The notes beneath the pieces were generated by a model, which did not search any database, had not been told where the DNA came from, and saw only the letters and a list, made by a program, of their open reading frames with translations. DNA of 64,000 nucleotides. Origin: an uncultured Candidatus Saccharibacteria bacterium. GTDB taxonomy: Bacteria; Patescibacteriota; Minisyncoccia; Phycocordibacterales; UBA2100. Below are positions 18,483-27,218 of this stretch, piece after piece (the stretch's first letter is position 1; each line of letters opens with the position of its first letter). The position numbers and the translations under genes are program-made. Location of the stretch: assembly GCA_964434285.1 (NCBI GenBank), contig CAYSUJ010000003.1:20992-84991 (forward strand), given 5' to 3'.

Positions 18483-19475
18483 TTAAAAGATTCTGTTTAT
18501 AAATCTTTTTCCGAACGCTTTTAGCTTTGCAAAAAGTGAAGTTTTTACGAACTCTTCTTCGGAAGAGCCAAAAGTCAGGTACGGATTTCGGATTGCATCT
18601 ATCATTTCAAGTCTTTCTTTTGGATTGTCTATTTCCTCATAATGAGCATCGATTTCATCTGCAATACCAGAAAAGTCGCCTACTCGCTTTCCGAGTAAGA
18701 AGTGGAAGTAATCTGAGTCTAGCGCGGGATCAAGAGACAACGGTTCCATGTCTCTTATAAAATCCATCAAAGAAGATTCTTTTGTTTTTAAGAGGAAGAT
18801 GAGAATCTCGATTGCGTTTCTTTCTTCGTCATCGAAAACAATTTCATCATTCCCCCAAAGGATTTTTGCGGCCTTTGAGGTGCTGCCTGAGATTTCATAG
18901 GTATACAGATTCTTTGCTCTCGCAGCATCTTCAATAATGGCGTGGAGTTGCGTGGTTATTTTCTTTACAGTGCGACCCATAAAGCGCTTAACTCTTAAAG
19001 AATTTTCTATCCCGAATATATTTTCCTTAGTATCAATTCCAAGATATTTACGCAGGAAGTGGTGCAGGGCTATCTTATCTTTTGATAGATCTTTAATCGA
19101 TTGCAGGTTAAATCTATCGTAACGATGAGTCTTGTAGAAAACAGAAAGAAGTCCTAGTAGAGCGATAGATGCACCGCCTGGATTAATGGGCACTCTTGCC
19201 TTTATCCTATTCAGAAGCTCTAAATGGTTATGCGTAAGAAGAGATTTTTCAAAGGCATTCACGTCAGTTTGTGCGTCGAACTCCAGAAGAATCACCGCTA
19301 CCTTAAGTAGCCTCTCAAGACCGATGGAAAGAGTGTAGAGGACTGGAAATACCTCTGTTTCCAGGCTTAAAGTCTTCATGTCATGAAGATTCTTCAAGCC
19401 GTCATATATGAAATTACAGGCAATTTCATGCTCGGTACCAAGCTGGAAATTCTGCCAGAATTGCTCGGGATTCAT
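18483..19475 (-). CDS. HEPN-like hypothetical protein
   Basis: LSIGLERLLK...THNHLELL...RYDRF follows the E..LK / H.L / RY layout of HEPN domains; AT-rich. Confidence 0.55.
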   Translation of the reverse strand: MNPEQFWQNFQLGTEHEIACNFIYDGLKNLHDMKTLSLETEVFPVLYTLSIGLERLLKVAVILLEFDAQTDVNAFEKSLLTHNHLELLNRIKARVPINPGGASIALLGLLSVFYKTHRYDRFNLQSIKDLSKDKIALHHFLRKYLGIDTKENIFGIENSLRVKRFMGRTVKKITTQLHAIIEDAARAKNLYTYEISGSTSKAAKILWGNDEIVFDDEERNAIEILIFLLKTKESSLMDFIRDMEPLSLDPALDSDYFHFLLGKRVGDFSGIADEIDAHYEEIDNPKERLEMIDAIRNPYLTFGSSEEEFVKTSLFAKLKAFGKRFINRIF

Positions 19476-19542
19476 GGAAGATTAGTAAACACCTAAGGAC
19501 CTGGGGGTGCAATGATGTCCTTAGCAGCTATACAATACTTGA

Positions 19543-19728
19543 ATGACTGATGTGGAACTGATGACAATCAAGGAAGTTGCCGCGATGCTTAAGATATCTG
19601 AGCCCTCCGTTCGTCGCCTACAGCAGGAAAGACATGTCCCCTTCCTTAAGATTCGAGGAGCTATCCGCTTTGAGAAAACTGATATCTTGAATTATCTGAA
19701 AAAGGTTCGGATCGAATCTATCCGGTAA
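19543..19728 (+). CDS. Excisionase-family helix-turn-helix protein (HTH_17)
   Basis: LMTIKEVAAMLKIS..SVRRL....VPFLKIRGAIRF...DI..YL. Confidence 0.9.
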   Translation: MTDVELMTIKEVAAMLKISEPSVRRLQQERHVPFLKIRGAIRFEKTDILNYLKKVRIESIR

Positions 19729-19821
19729 CCACTATTGGCCTTGTCGGTCTTTCCTGTACCGCTCTTCACTAGTAAAGCTCTGCTGTTGGCAGAGTTGCCC
19801 AAGAACGACAAAGCCCCAGGA

Positions 19822-20232
19822 TTATCTTAGACGATATCCATGGCTTTGGCGTATACCCGTTTTCGTCAAAATTACACGGACCGCTAGATAACAAAGCGGG
19901 TAGAGAATAATCGCACATGCGAGCTCAAAATATTTACTGAGAAATGCCTCTGGTCCGTTTATCAGTCCGACCAAAAATAAGATGCCGAAATAAAGATAGT
20001 GGTAGAGAAGACTGCCCAATGGTCCCCATCGACCAGTTAGAATGTATAACAAAATAACGAACAACAAGAGGCCGATTAGTATCCCTAGAATTTGGAATGG
20101 ATATGCGACAAGGATAGACATTCCGGCTTCCCACAGCTGGCGATATGCACCTTCAAGCGCCCTGTCGTACATGGCAGGAATTCCAGAAATCATTTCTGTA
20201 ACCATCTCGACTGGCGTAGAAGTAGAAGTCAT
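19822..20232 (-). CDS. Hypothetical membrane protein
   Basis: 3-4 TM segments; overlaps the upstream gene by 4 nt. Confidence 0.7.
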   Translation of the reverse strand: MTSTSTPVEMVTEMISGIPAMYDRALEGAYRQLWEAGMSILVAYPFQILGILIGLLLFVILLYILTGRWGPLGSLLYHYLYFGILFLVGLINGPEAFLSKYFELACAIILYPLCYLAVRVILTKTGIRQSHGYRLR

Positions 20233-21290
20233 TTTCCGAGAATTAATTTGACCAAATCTTCTTCTTTTTCATAAGCACGAAATCGTCCCTCAAGCATCCC
20301 GAGTCGATAGTGTACTCCCTCGCTCATAAGCCGCCAATTGGTGCCTATTAGCGTCTTATTTATGAGTCTTTTCAGATCATGACTACTTGCTCGCTCTTCC
20401 CTGTCTGAAGCGATGTCATGAACAGTAAACGGCACAACGACATCACGACCAATCTCGGGATCTTTGAACTGGAGCTTGATATATTTGGCAGCCTCCATAG
20501 CGGGAGCCAATAATTGTTCTAGCTCGATGATTTTCAGTCTTCGTATATTCGCCACCTGGTCGTACAGCTCTTTGTTATTATCTTTCTCCTTCTGTTTTTC
20601 GAGAACCTCATTGATACTCCGCAGCGTCTGCATCCATCCCACATACCTCTGCCCTTCCGCCTCATCGCAGAACCGCGCACGATCCTTCTCGAAATCAGGA
20701 TCTATTTTTGGCTTATCAGCAATCCGTTCGATTTCGCTCACTTCCCTGTTTCCGCACTTAGGACAGGTAGAAATTGTGACAAACTTTTTCTTGGTAGTCT
20801 TGTCTTCCTGCTTGAAAGACGTCCTGCACTTCGGACACTTGGAGCTGTTGTATTTCCATTCTTCGCTGTTGTCATAGAAGGCGCGGCGCGGGATGTGATT
20901 CAGTGTGCAGTCGTACATGAACATGACCCGATGCGGCTTATCTAAATTCGTCTCCATATGCTTATGTGTGACGAACATCTCTCTGCCACAGGTAAGGCAG
21001 TTGATGCCCTTAGGAGCCTTTGCCGATTCGAAGAACTGGTCTTTTTCTTCGTCATCACGCATCCATTGAGTAATGGTTTTTTCCTTCTTTGAATACAGCT
21101 CCCCTGCCAAGAACCATACATGGAGTCGGCTAAAGGCACCGACCATGCGTTCCTTATCTTTCTTCGTAAGCTTCTTTTTCTCGTGCTTCTGAATGTCTTC
21201 TCCCGAGATCGCTTTTTCCGCCCAGCGACACCGTTCGATCGTCATGCGATCATAGCGATCTACATATTCCTGACGGGGCTTAAGATGCAT
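20229..21290 (-). CDS. Hypothetical Zn-ribbon protein
   Basis: CLTC, C...H, CPKC, CPKC motifs in a 353-aa ORF. Confidence 0.75.
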   Translation of the reverse strand: MHLKPRQEYVDRYDRMTIERCRWAEKAISGEDIQKHEKKKLTKKDKERMVGAFSRLHVWFLAGELYSKKEKTITQWMRDDEEKDQFFESAKAPKGINCLTCGREMFVTHKHMETNLDKPHRVMFMYDCTLNHIPRRAFYDNSEEWKYNSSKCPKCRTSFKQEDKTTKKKFVTISTCPKCGNREVSEIERIADKPKIDPDFEKDRARFCDEAEGQRYVGWMQTLRSINEVLEKQKEKDNNKELYDQVANIRRLKIIELEQLLAPAMEAAKYIKLQFKDPEIGRDVVVPFTVHDIASDREERASSHDLKRLINKTLIGTNWRLMSEGVHYRLGMLEGRFRAYEKEEDLVKLILGK

Positions 21291-21300
21291 AGGACGCTAT

Positions 21301-22002
21301 TTATTCATCCATGAGCTTTTTAGCTTTTTTGCGTAGCGCCTCAAGCTCTGCAAACTCCTCTTTATGGTGTTTAAGCTGAGCATTCATTAACCACGGGAAG
21401 GTGGTCTTATGAAGATAATCATGCGAGATTTGAAACACACCCACAGCGGATTCCTTCTGTAGCTGTACGAATTTCTCTCCTTTTGAGTAATAGCCTGATT
21501 CTTTATCTAATTGATCAATAAAAATCACAAATTTCGTAACAAATTCCTCGTCAACCATTCGACTCTCAAGTCCCAATGGCGGTAGTTCATCATGACAATA
21601 GATATTCCTGAGACATTCTATAAAACCCACTAAAGGATCCTCAAGAAACTCATCCTTAATCTTCTTAGCATACTCGCCATTTAATGCAGCTTCGTCGGAC
21701 CCATATAATTTCCGAATCATTTTTCTACAATGATCTTTATATGCGACTGCACTGCAGAGAAAATTTACAAAACATCTGGAAGCTTCAATCATTACTTTCT
21801 CTTTCTCCGTTTCCTTACCTTTTGGGAAAAAAGGAATAGCTTTCGTTATCTTTTCAAGATAACCGTAATTTATCACCATTATTTTGAAACTATTCTCCAG
21901 CCTATACGCATGGAGATCGAGTTGATATCCACGAGAACTTTCAATTTCATCAATCACTTTTTTAAATTCCTCAAAATTCTTCATATTATGAATCACTCCC
22001 AT
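21301..22002 (-). CDS. HEPN-like putative RNase
   Basis: All-helical, with LRNIYCH (RxxxxH); AT-rich. Confidence 0.6.
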   Translation of the reverse strand: MGVIHNMKNFEEFKKVIDEIESSRGYQLDLHAYRLENSFKIMVINYGYLEKITKAIPFFPKGKETEKEKVMIEASRCFVNFLCSAVAYKDHCRKMIRKLYGSDEAALNGEYAKKIKDEFLEDPLVGFIECLRNIYCHDELPPLGLESRMVDEEFVTKFVIFIDQLDKESGYYSKGEKFVQLQKESAVGVFQISHDYLHKTTFPWLMNAQLKHHKEEFAELEALRKKAKKLMDE

Positions 22003-22410
22003 ATTCGCACTACCTAAAATAAGTACAAGGAACCATTTGCACCTCTTGCACCTTTCTCACATCGTGGTGTTATACACACCCCCCTCTTGAAAAACGCTGT
22101 GCTTAAGCGAGGATAGAGAGGCACATTGAAAGACCATTAAGATCTTCCTCTGGTTCTTCTCGGGATACGTAGCCGAGGGCGAAAGCCGAAATACACAGAA
22201 TCGAAAGGGTGATCGAAATGGATTTACAGAGAAAACTGATGCGTTGAGCTCGAGGGCGAAAGCCATAGGAGCGATATCCATCCAAGGGCTGTAGATCTGA
22301 AGTTGTAATTCCCCACGGGGTTTAACAGCTTTGGATTTGCGGCTCTTTTTTATTGAGCCGCCAATCCCCTTGGTGTCTTTCTCGTTGCGATAGCAATTAG
22401 AACGAATGAT

Positions 22411-23730
22411 ATGGAAAAGCTCATTTGGCATACCCAACAGCGGAAAGTAAACGAATTACTCCCCTTCAAGCAGAATCCTCGCAAGATGTCAGAAAGACAG
22501 ATTGCCGACCTTACCAAGTCTCTCAAGAAATACGGCCTCGTGGAGATCCCTGCTATCGATACGGATAACCGAATCCTAGCGGGTCATCAGCGACTCGCTG
22601 TCATGCAGCTCCTTGGTCGCGGCGATGAGATGATCGACTGCCGCATTCCTAACCGAAAGCTGACAGAGGAGGAATTTAAACAGTACCTCATCATTTCCAA
22701 TAAGGTGCATGGCGACTGGGATGAGGACATTCTTGCTGAGTACTTCGATATGGACCTTCTTCTTGATTCCGGATTCGATACCGAAGAATTGAGTGATGTT
22801 TTCTCAGAAGCCCTCGAAACAGAAGATGACAAATTCGATATCGAAAAAGAGTTAAAGAAGATTGAAGGGCCGAAGTCCAATTCTGGAGAACTGTATCAGC
22901 TTGGTCAGCATCGCCTTTACTGCGGAGACTCAACCAATCCCGAATCAGTCCTGAAAGTGGTCGGGGACGCGAAGATCGACATGGTGTATTGCGATCCTGT
23001 GTACAACATTAATCTTAGCTACAAGACAGGGATCGGCGGCACAAAAAACTATGGCGGGTCTGCCAAAGATGTTCGCTCCCCCGAGGAATACGAAACATTC
23101 TTGCACAAGACTATTGAGAACGCACTCGCTGTAGCCAAGCAAGATGTGCATGTCTTCTACTACTGCGATCAGACGTATGTCCCACTCATCGCTAAGCTCT
23201 ATGCCACGTTGGGCATCCGATTCATGCGCACCTGTATCTGGCTCAAGGGAGTGGCCAATCCAGTGCCGCAGGTCGCCTTCTCAAAGGTATATGAGCCCTG
23301 CGTATACGGCGTGCGCGGAAAGCCCTACCTCTCCCCTCACCACACCAACTATGACGAGGTGCTGAACAAGGAGATAGGGACTGGTGGTCAGATGATCGAG
23401 AATTTCCTCGACATGATCGATGTCTGGGCAGTGCAACGGCTCTCAGGCAGCGAGTATGAACACCCTACCGAGAAGCCGGTGACCCTCCATGACAAGCCGA
23501 TACGCCGCTGCACGAAGATCGGAGACAACATCCTTTCTCTCTTCGGCGGAAGCGGTGGTGAGCTGTTAGCAGCCCATCAACTCAACCGGAAGTGCTTTAT
23601 GGTCGAAATGGACCCTGTCTTCGTGGATCTCATTATCAGGCGCTACGAGGCATTTACCGGTGAGAAAGCGAAGCGTATCAGTGTACGAAATACGGACCGG
23701 AAATCGTTGAAAAGATTTGTCAGGAGTTGA
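22411..23730 (+). CDS. ParB-like N-terminal domain + N6/N4 DNA methyltransferase
   Basis: NPRK...SLKKYG...ILAGHQR (ParB-N); DPVYN (motif IV), HPTEKPV, FGGSG (motif I). Confidence 0.92.
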   Translation: MEKLIWHTQQRKVNELLPFKQNPRKMSERQIADLTKSLKKYGLVEIPAIDTDNRILAGHQRLAVMQLLGRGDEMIDCRIPNRKLTEEEFKQYLIISNKVHGDWDEDILAEYFDMDLLLDSGFDTEELSDVFSEALETEDDKFDIEKELKKIEGPKSNSGELYQLGQHRLYCGDSTNPESVLKVVGDAKIDMVYCDPVYNINLSYKTGIGGTKNYGGSAKDVRSPEEYETFLHKTIENALAVAKQDVHVFYYCDQTYVPLIAKLYATLGIRFMRTCIWLKGVANPVPQVAFSKVYEPCVYGVRGKPYLSPHHTNYDEVLNKEIGTGGQMIENFLDMIDVWAVQRLSGSEYEHPTEKPVTLHDKPIRRCTKIGDNILSLFGGSGGELLAAHQLNRKCFMVEMDPVFVDLIIRRYEAFTGEKAKRISVRNTDRKSLKRFVRS

Positions 23731-24272
23731 ACAAGAATCCGAATATTAGCTACGTCTGCCGGAAAGTCGGTATCGACAAGAGCACATTCTACCGATGGCA
23801 GTCCAAATACGATACGTTCTTTCGCCGCATCTTGAGCGCGGAGATGTGGGGTCGGGAAAACATCAACGACGTGGCGGAAAGCGTCATCCTAAAAGCGGTT
23901 CACGCGGGTGATATGAAAGGTTCACAATACTGGCTCAGCCATAATCATCCGCGATACGTCGCTCTTGAACGAATCCCGTACCTCGCAAGCCTTAATAAAA
24001 GCCTGATTGAAGAGTTAAGTGCTCCGATCTCCAAAACATCCAAGTTCGAGCCGCTCTTCGAGTATTATTTCATCTGCGAAGAAGTGCAGAGGGATAAAGA
24101 AGCACGAAAGATGGTGGAGCCGCTCGTTAAGGTTGCCTGCGACGGCGACGAGGAACTTTACGAACTATTTTTTGCCTCGTATGCTGAGTGGAAAGCAGAA
24201 AAGATACGGATAATTAAGGAATATATCGATGCGGGGATTAGGCCGCCTCGCCCCAAACGTCGTAGAAGGTAA
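23727..24272 (+). CDS. HTH protein resembling a phage terminase small subunit
   Basis: ISYVCRKVGIDKSTFYRW...F...DVAESVILKAV..GD.K...YWL; start codon problematic (see findings). Confidence 0.7.
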   Translation: MNKNPNISYVCRKVGIDKSTFYRWQSKYDTFFRRILSAEMWGRENINDVAESVILKAVHAGDMKGSQYWLSHNHPRYVALERIPYLASLNKSLIEELSAPISKTSKFEPLFEYYFICEEVQRDKEARKMVEPLVKVACDGDEELYELFFASYAEWKAEKIRIIKEYIDAGIRPPRPKRRRR

Positions 24273-24284
24273 TCAAGAAACTCC

Positions 24285-24743
24285 TTAGTTTTGGAACGAG
24301 GTCAGAATACCATTCTCGAAGTAGAGGTAGTTCGAGTAACCGTATACCCATTGCTCACGCTTTCCGCGGGAGGTGACGGTGGTATTTATGTCGTCCGGCT
24401 TTCCCCACGAGGCTAGTGCCTGTGCCTGATCCATGCCCAGTTTAACTTTCTTCTCTGCGATTATCTCGCAGGTTTCCTTATCCCAGCCGGGATGAGCTGT
24501 ACAGATTTGTCCTGCCTTGGATGCTTCCCATTCTTTTTGTTCTTCAGCCAATCTGGCCTGCTTTCGTTCTTCTAGTCTCTTCTCCGCTGCGACCATTTCA
24601 GGCGTTAGCTCGGCGCGGTATTGAGCTTCTGTATTGGTGCTCACTGTATCCTCCGCGAGAGAACCGGCTACACCAAGACCTATGAACGTTAAGAGTGCGA
24701 GAACGATGATGGTAGAGGTTTTCCATCCTATCGGTTTGCTCAT
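24285..24743 (-). CDS. Membrane-anchored protein with SmpA/BamE-like C-terminal domain
   Basis: N-terminal TM; VKLGM...ASWGKPDDIN...EQWVY...YLYFENG.L. Confidence 0.75.
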   Translation of the reverse strand: MSKPIGWKTSTIIVLALLTFIGLGVAGSLAEDTVSTNTEAQYRAELTPEMVAAEKRLEERKQARLAEEQKEWEASKAGQICTAHPGWDKETCEIIAEKKVKLGMDQAQALASWGKPDDINTTVTSRGKREQWVYGYSNYLYFENGILTSFQN

Positions 24744-24898
24744 ACGATTTTCTCCTTATTGGATAAATCGATGGCGGCTTTGAGACACACAAAGCCCGCC
24801 ACCAGGAGGGCCGAAGCCCCTACTAGGGTTTCCCCTAATAACGCGATGAACGCCCTGAATGACGGGTTGTCTATGTTCATCGCGATTCCTACGACCAT
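24740..24898 (-). CDS. Small hydrophobic ORF (52 aa), not in ORF track
   Basis: MVVGIAMNIDNPSFRAFIALLGETLVGASALLVAGFVCLKAAIDLSNKEKIV*; the stop overlaps the next ATG (ATGA). Confidence 0.4.
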   Translation of the reverse strand: MVVGIAMNIDNPSFRAFIALLGETLVGASALLVAGFVCLKAAIDLSNKEKIV

Positions 24899-25128
24899 GC
24901 CACCGTTGCCGATAGTTTAGGTCGTCGCCCTCTCGGGCCAATATTGGGTATGTAAAGAGCATAATAGCCCCGACTCGGCTATTGGCCAAGACCCTAGCAG
25001 ACCCCAGGTGTTTGCGAATAGGCTTCCACTACCACACGACGATTCAATGGCTTTGCGAAGTTAAACCACCCACCCGATGATTGGGGTAAGTATGATGGTC
25101 TTACAAATGGCTTTTTTCACAAACAGTC

Positions 25129-25731
25129 CTACTTACGCGCGTCAATTATCGTCCGCACGTACTCTTTTAGCTGTTCCTGAGAAACTTCTGGCCATTTTTT
25201 GAGCTTGTTTTCCGTAAGAGAGTTCACGCAAATGACCAAAGACGGCACATCAGGATTCGGCGTCTCGAAAATCATGGTTGCAGTATTCGGTTTGAGTGCA
25301 ATTGCGTCGTGGAATACTCCCGCTTTCATTTTGTATGCTGATCCGACTGAATGGGTTATATCTTCACGCGTTGTAAGTGAGCATCTCATTCTTGTCATCT
25401 CAAGCGTAGAACTGTCTCCATGATTTTTCACTTCCCAGATTTTATAGTCCCCGTCCGGATCCAACGTCACATCATAGCGGCGTTCAAAGCCCTCTCCACA
25501 TAGGATATGGCTGGTGAAGTCAAAAGAGTGGTTGTGAATTCTGTCGGGCGCACCAAGTTCATCGACATTCATTGCCTCGGGCCAAAAGCGCAAACGAATT
25601 TTTCGAGGCCCTCCCTGGTCAACCTTTGCATGGATGAATCCGAGAGGGTGCATGTGCCCCTCGATTGACAACTTACTCTCGTAAATATCAGAGAGAATCT
25701 GATCTAATTCACTGTCAGATAGATATTCCAT
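25129..25731 (-). CDS. Cupin-like putative metalloenzyme
   Basis: HPLGF, IHNHSFDFTSHILCG and distal FHD give an HxH...H metal triad. Confidence 0.65.
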   Translation of the reverse strand: MEYLSDSELDQILSDIYESKLSIEGHMHPLGFIHAKVDQGGPRKIRLRFWPEAMNVDELGAPDRIHNHSFDFTSHILCGEGFERRYDVTLDPDGDYKIWEVKNHGDSSTLEMTRMRCSLTTREDITHSVGSAYKMKAGVFHDAIALKPNTATMIFETPNPDVPSLVICVNSLTENKLKKWPEVSQEQLKEYVRTIIDARK

Positions 25732-25803
25732 AAAACATCGCTACGCTAATTGGCGGGATAATACAACTCTCATGCTAAATTTCCAAATTCGTTATCCAGT
25801 ACT

Positions 25804-26451
25804 TTATTTCACTTCCCCGAGATGTGCGTGGTCATTCCAACCGAGCACATACCATCCTGAATCGTGAAGTCCAAACGACAAATCATATTGAATAAGCGTA
25901 ATGCCAGTATTGTGAGGAACGAACGTCCGTCTTATGTGATCGTATGCTTCTGGGGTTATTTTGTCTCCAAAAATAACCAACGCGAGCACCATTTTCAGGA
26001 ATTCTCCGTGGGTTACCACTAGAATATTCTGCTCCTTTCGTCCCGAGAGAAAGGCCATTGCCTCTTCGGCTCTCTGTTTGAGTTGGAAGTAATCTTCTTC
26101 ATCGGAATGCCGCTTGTGTGGGTCTGCAAACGTATCTTTAACAATACGCATAATAGACTTAACCTCGGCATCTTCCCTGTTTCTGCCACGCACTACCGAC
26201 GGACGCTTAATTTCCTCAAACAAAGGATTTTCGGTAACTGTATGCCCAGTACGTTCGGCGATAATGCGTGCAGTTTGTGCGGCGCGCGTCATTGAACTTG
26301 CAAATACCACGTCAACCGGGATACTTTCGAAACGCTTGGCCATGAATTGAGCCTGTTTGACACCTTTTTCAGATAATTCGACTACTGGGAGCTGGTATTC
26401 ACCGGCCTCATTGCCGTTCGTGGAGCCATGGCGAACAAAATAGATATTCAT
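25804..26451 (-). CDS. Histidine phosphatase family protein
   Basis: FVRHGST, SSMTRAAQTA, LVVTHG motifs. Confidence 0.92.
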   Translation of the reverse strand: MNIYFVRHGSTNGNEAGEYQLPVVELSEKGVKQAQFMAKRFESIPVDVVFASSMTRAAQTARIIAERTGHTVTENPLFEEIKRPSVVRGRNREDAEVKSIMRIVKDTFADPHKRHSDEEDYFQLKQRAEEAMAFLSGRKEQNILVVTHGEFLKMVLALVIFGDKITPEAYDHIRRTFVPHNTGITLIQYDLSFGLHDSGWYVLGWNDHAHLGEVK

Positions 26452-26461
26452 AGCGGTAATT

Positions 26462-27214
26462 TTAAGCTATATCCGGCAAATTGCCGACCTTTTTTATAAC
26501 AGTTTCTAAACTCGCGAGGAGCGATTCTTCCGAGGGATCAATCGTAAGATCGGGCTTCGATGGTACTTCATACGGCATATCCTCGCCGATTTTGCCACCT
26601 TTGATATAAATCCAAAATGGGTTAATGAGTTCTGTGATTTTATCCCGCGTCGATTGAAAAGGAGCTATAACTGATACAACGACGTTGAATCCTTGGGCAT
26701 TCAGCATTTTCGCCAACCGAGCGACGCGCATATTATGTTCGTCGCGATCTTCTTTGCTGAACCCTAGATCAGTTGAGATCGATGCTCGCAACTCGTCTCC
26801 ATCGAGTACTACAGCATTCATCCTTTCCTTCAAGAGGTATGCAATCGAAGTTTTGCCAGCCCCAACATTACCAGTGAGCCAAATGATTCCCTTTTTGCTG
26901 TTTCTGATTTTCGTTGCCGAGATTTCTTCAACCTGTTTCTCCAGACGGATGCGTCTGATACCCCATCCAACATCACGCCCATAGCACACCTCTTTGATAT
27001 CTGGTATTGCGATGATCTCGACGTTCTCGTTATCCTCGTACACTTTTCTTATTCGTGCCATTCGTTCTTCGACCGTGTACGGATTACCCTCCGAAAAAGG
27101 AGTATCCCTCACTGCAATGACAACTTTCCCGCCCTCGTCGAGTACGACCTGTATGAGGGCTTTATGTCCGTCGTGAAATGGTTGCCACCTGCCGATGAAT
27201 AGTGATTTGCTCAT
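26462..27214 (-). CDS. HxGH nucleotidyltransferase + adenylyl-sulfate (APS) kinase fusion
   Basis: GRWQPFHDGH...ISATKIR N-domain; WLTGNVGAGKT...LDGDELR...LGFSKEDRDEH..RV...IAPF...YEVP..PDL C-domain. Start at MSKSL. Confidence 0.85.
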   Translation of the reverse strand: MSKSLFIGRWQPFHDGHKALIQVVLDEGGKVVIAVRDTPFSEGNPYTVEERMARIRKVYEDNENVEIIAIPDIKEVCYGRDVGWGIRRIRLEKQVEEISATKIRNSKKGIIWLTGNVGAGKTSIAYLLKERMNAVVLDGDELRASISTDLGFSKEDRDEHNMRVARLAKMLNAQGFNVVVSVIAPFQSTRDKITELINPFWIYIKGGKIGEDMPYEVPSKPDLTIDPSEESLLASLETVIKKVGNLPDIA

Positions 27215-27218
27215 AGAT

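Noticed and set aside
22160-22270. Hammerhead ribozyme
   Set aside because: GGC-GAAA-GCC-GAAA resembles stem II, but the CUGANGA core is not correctly present.
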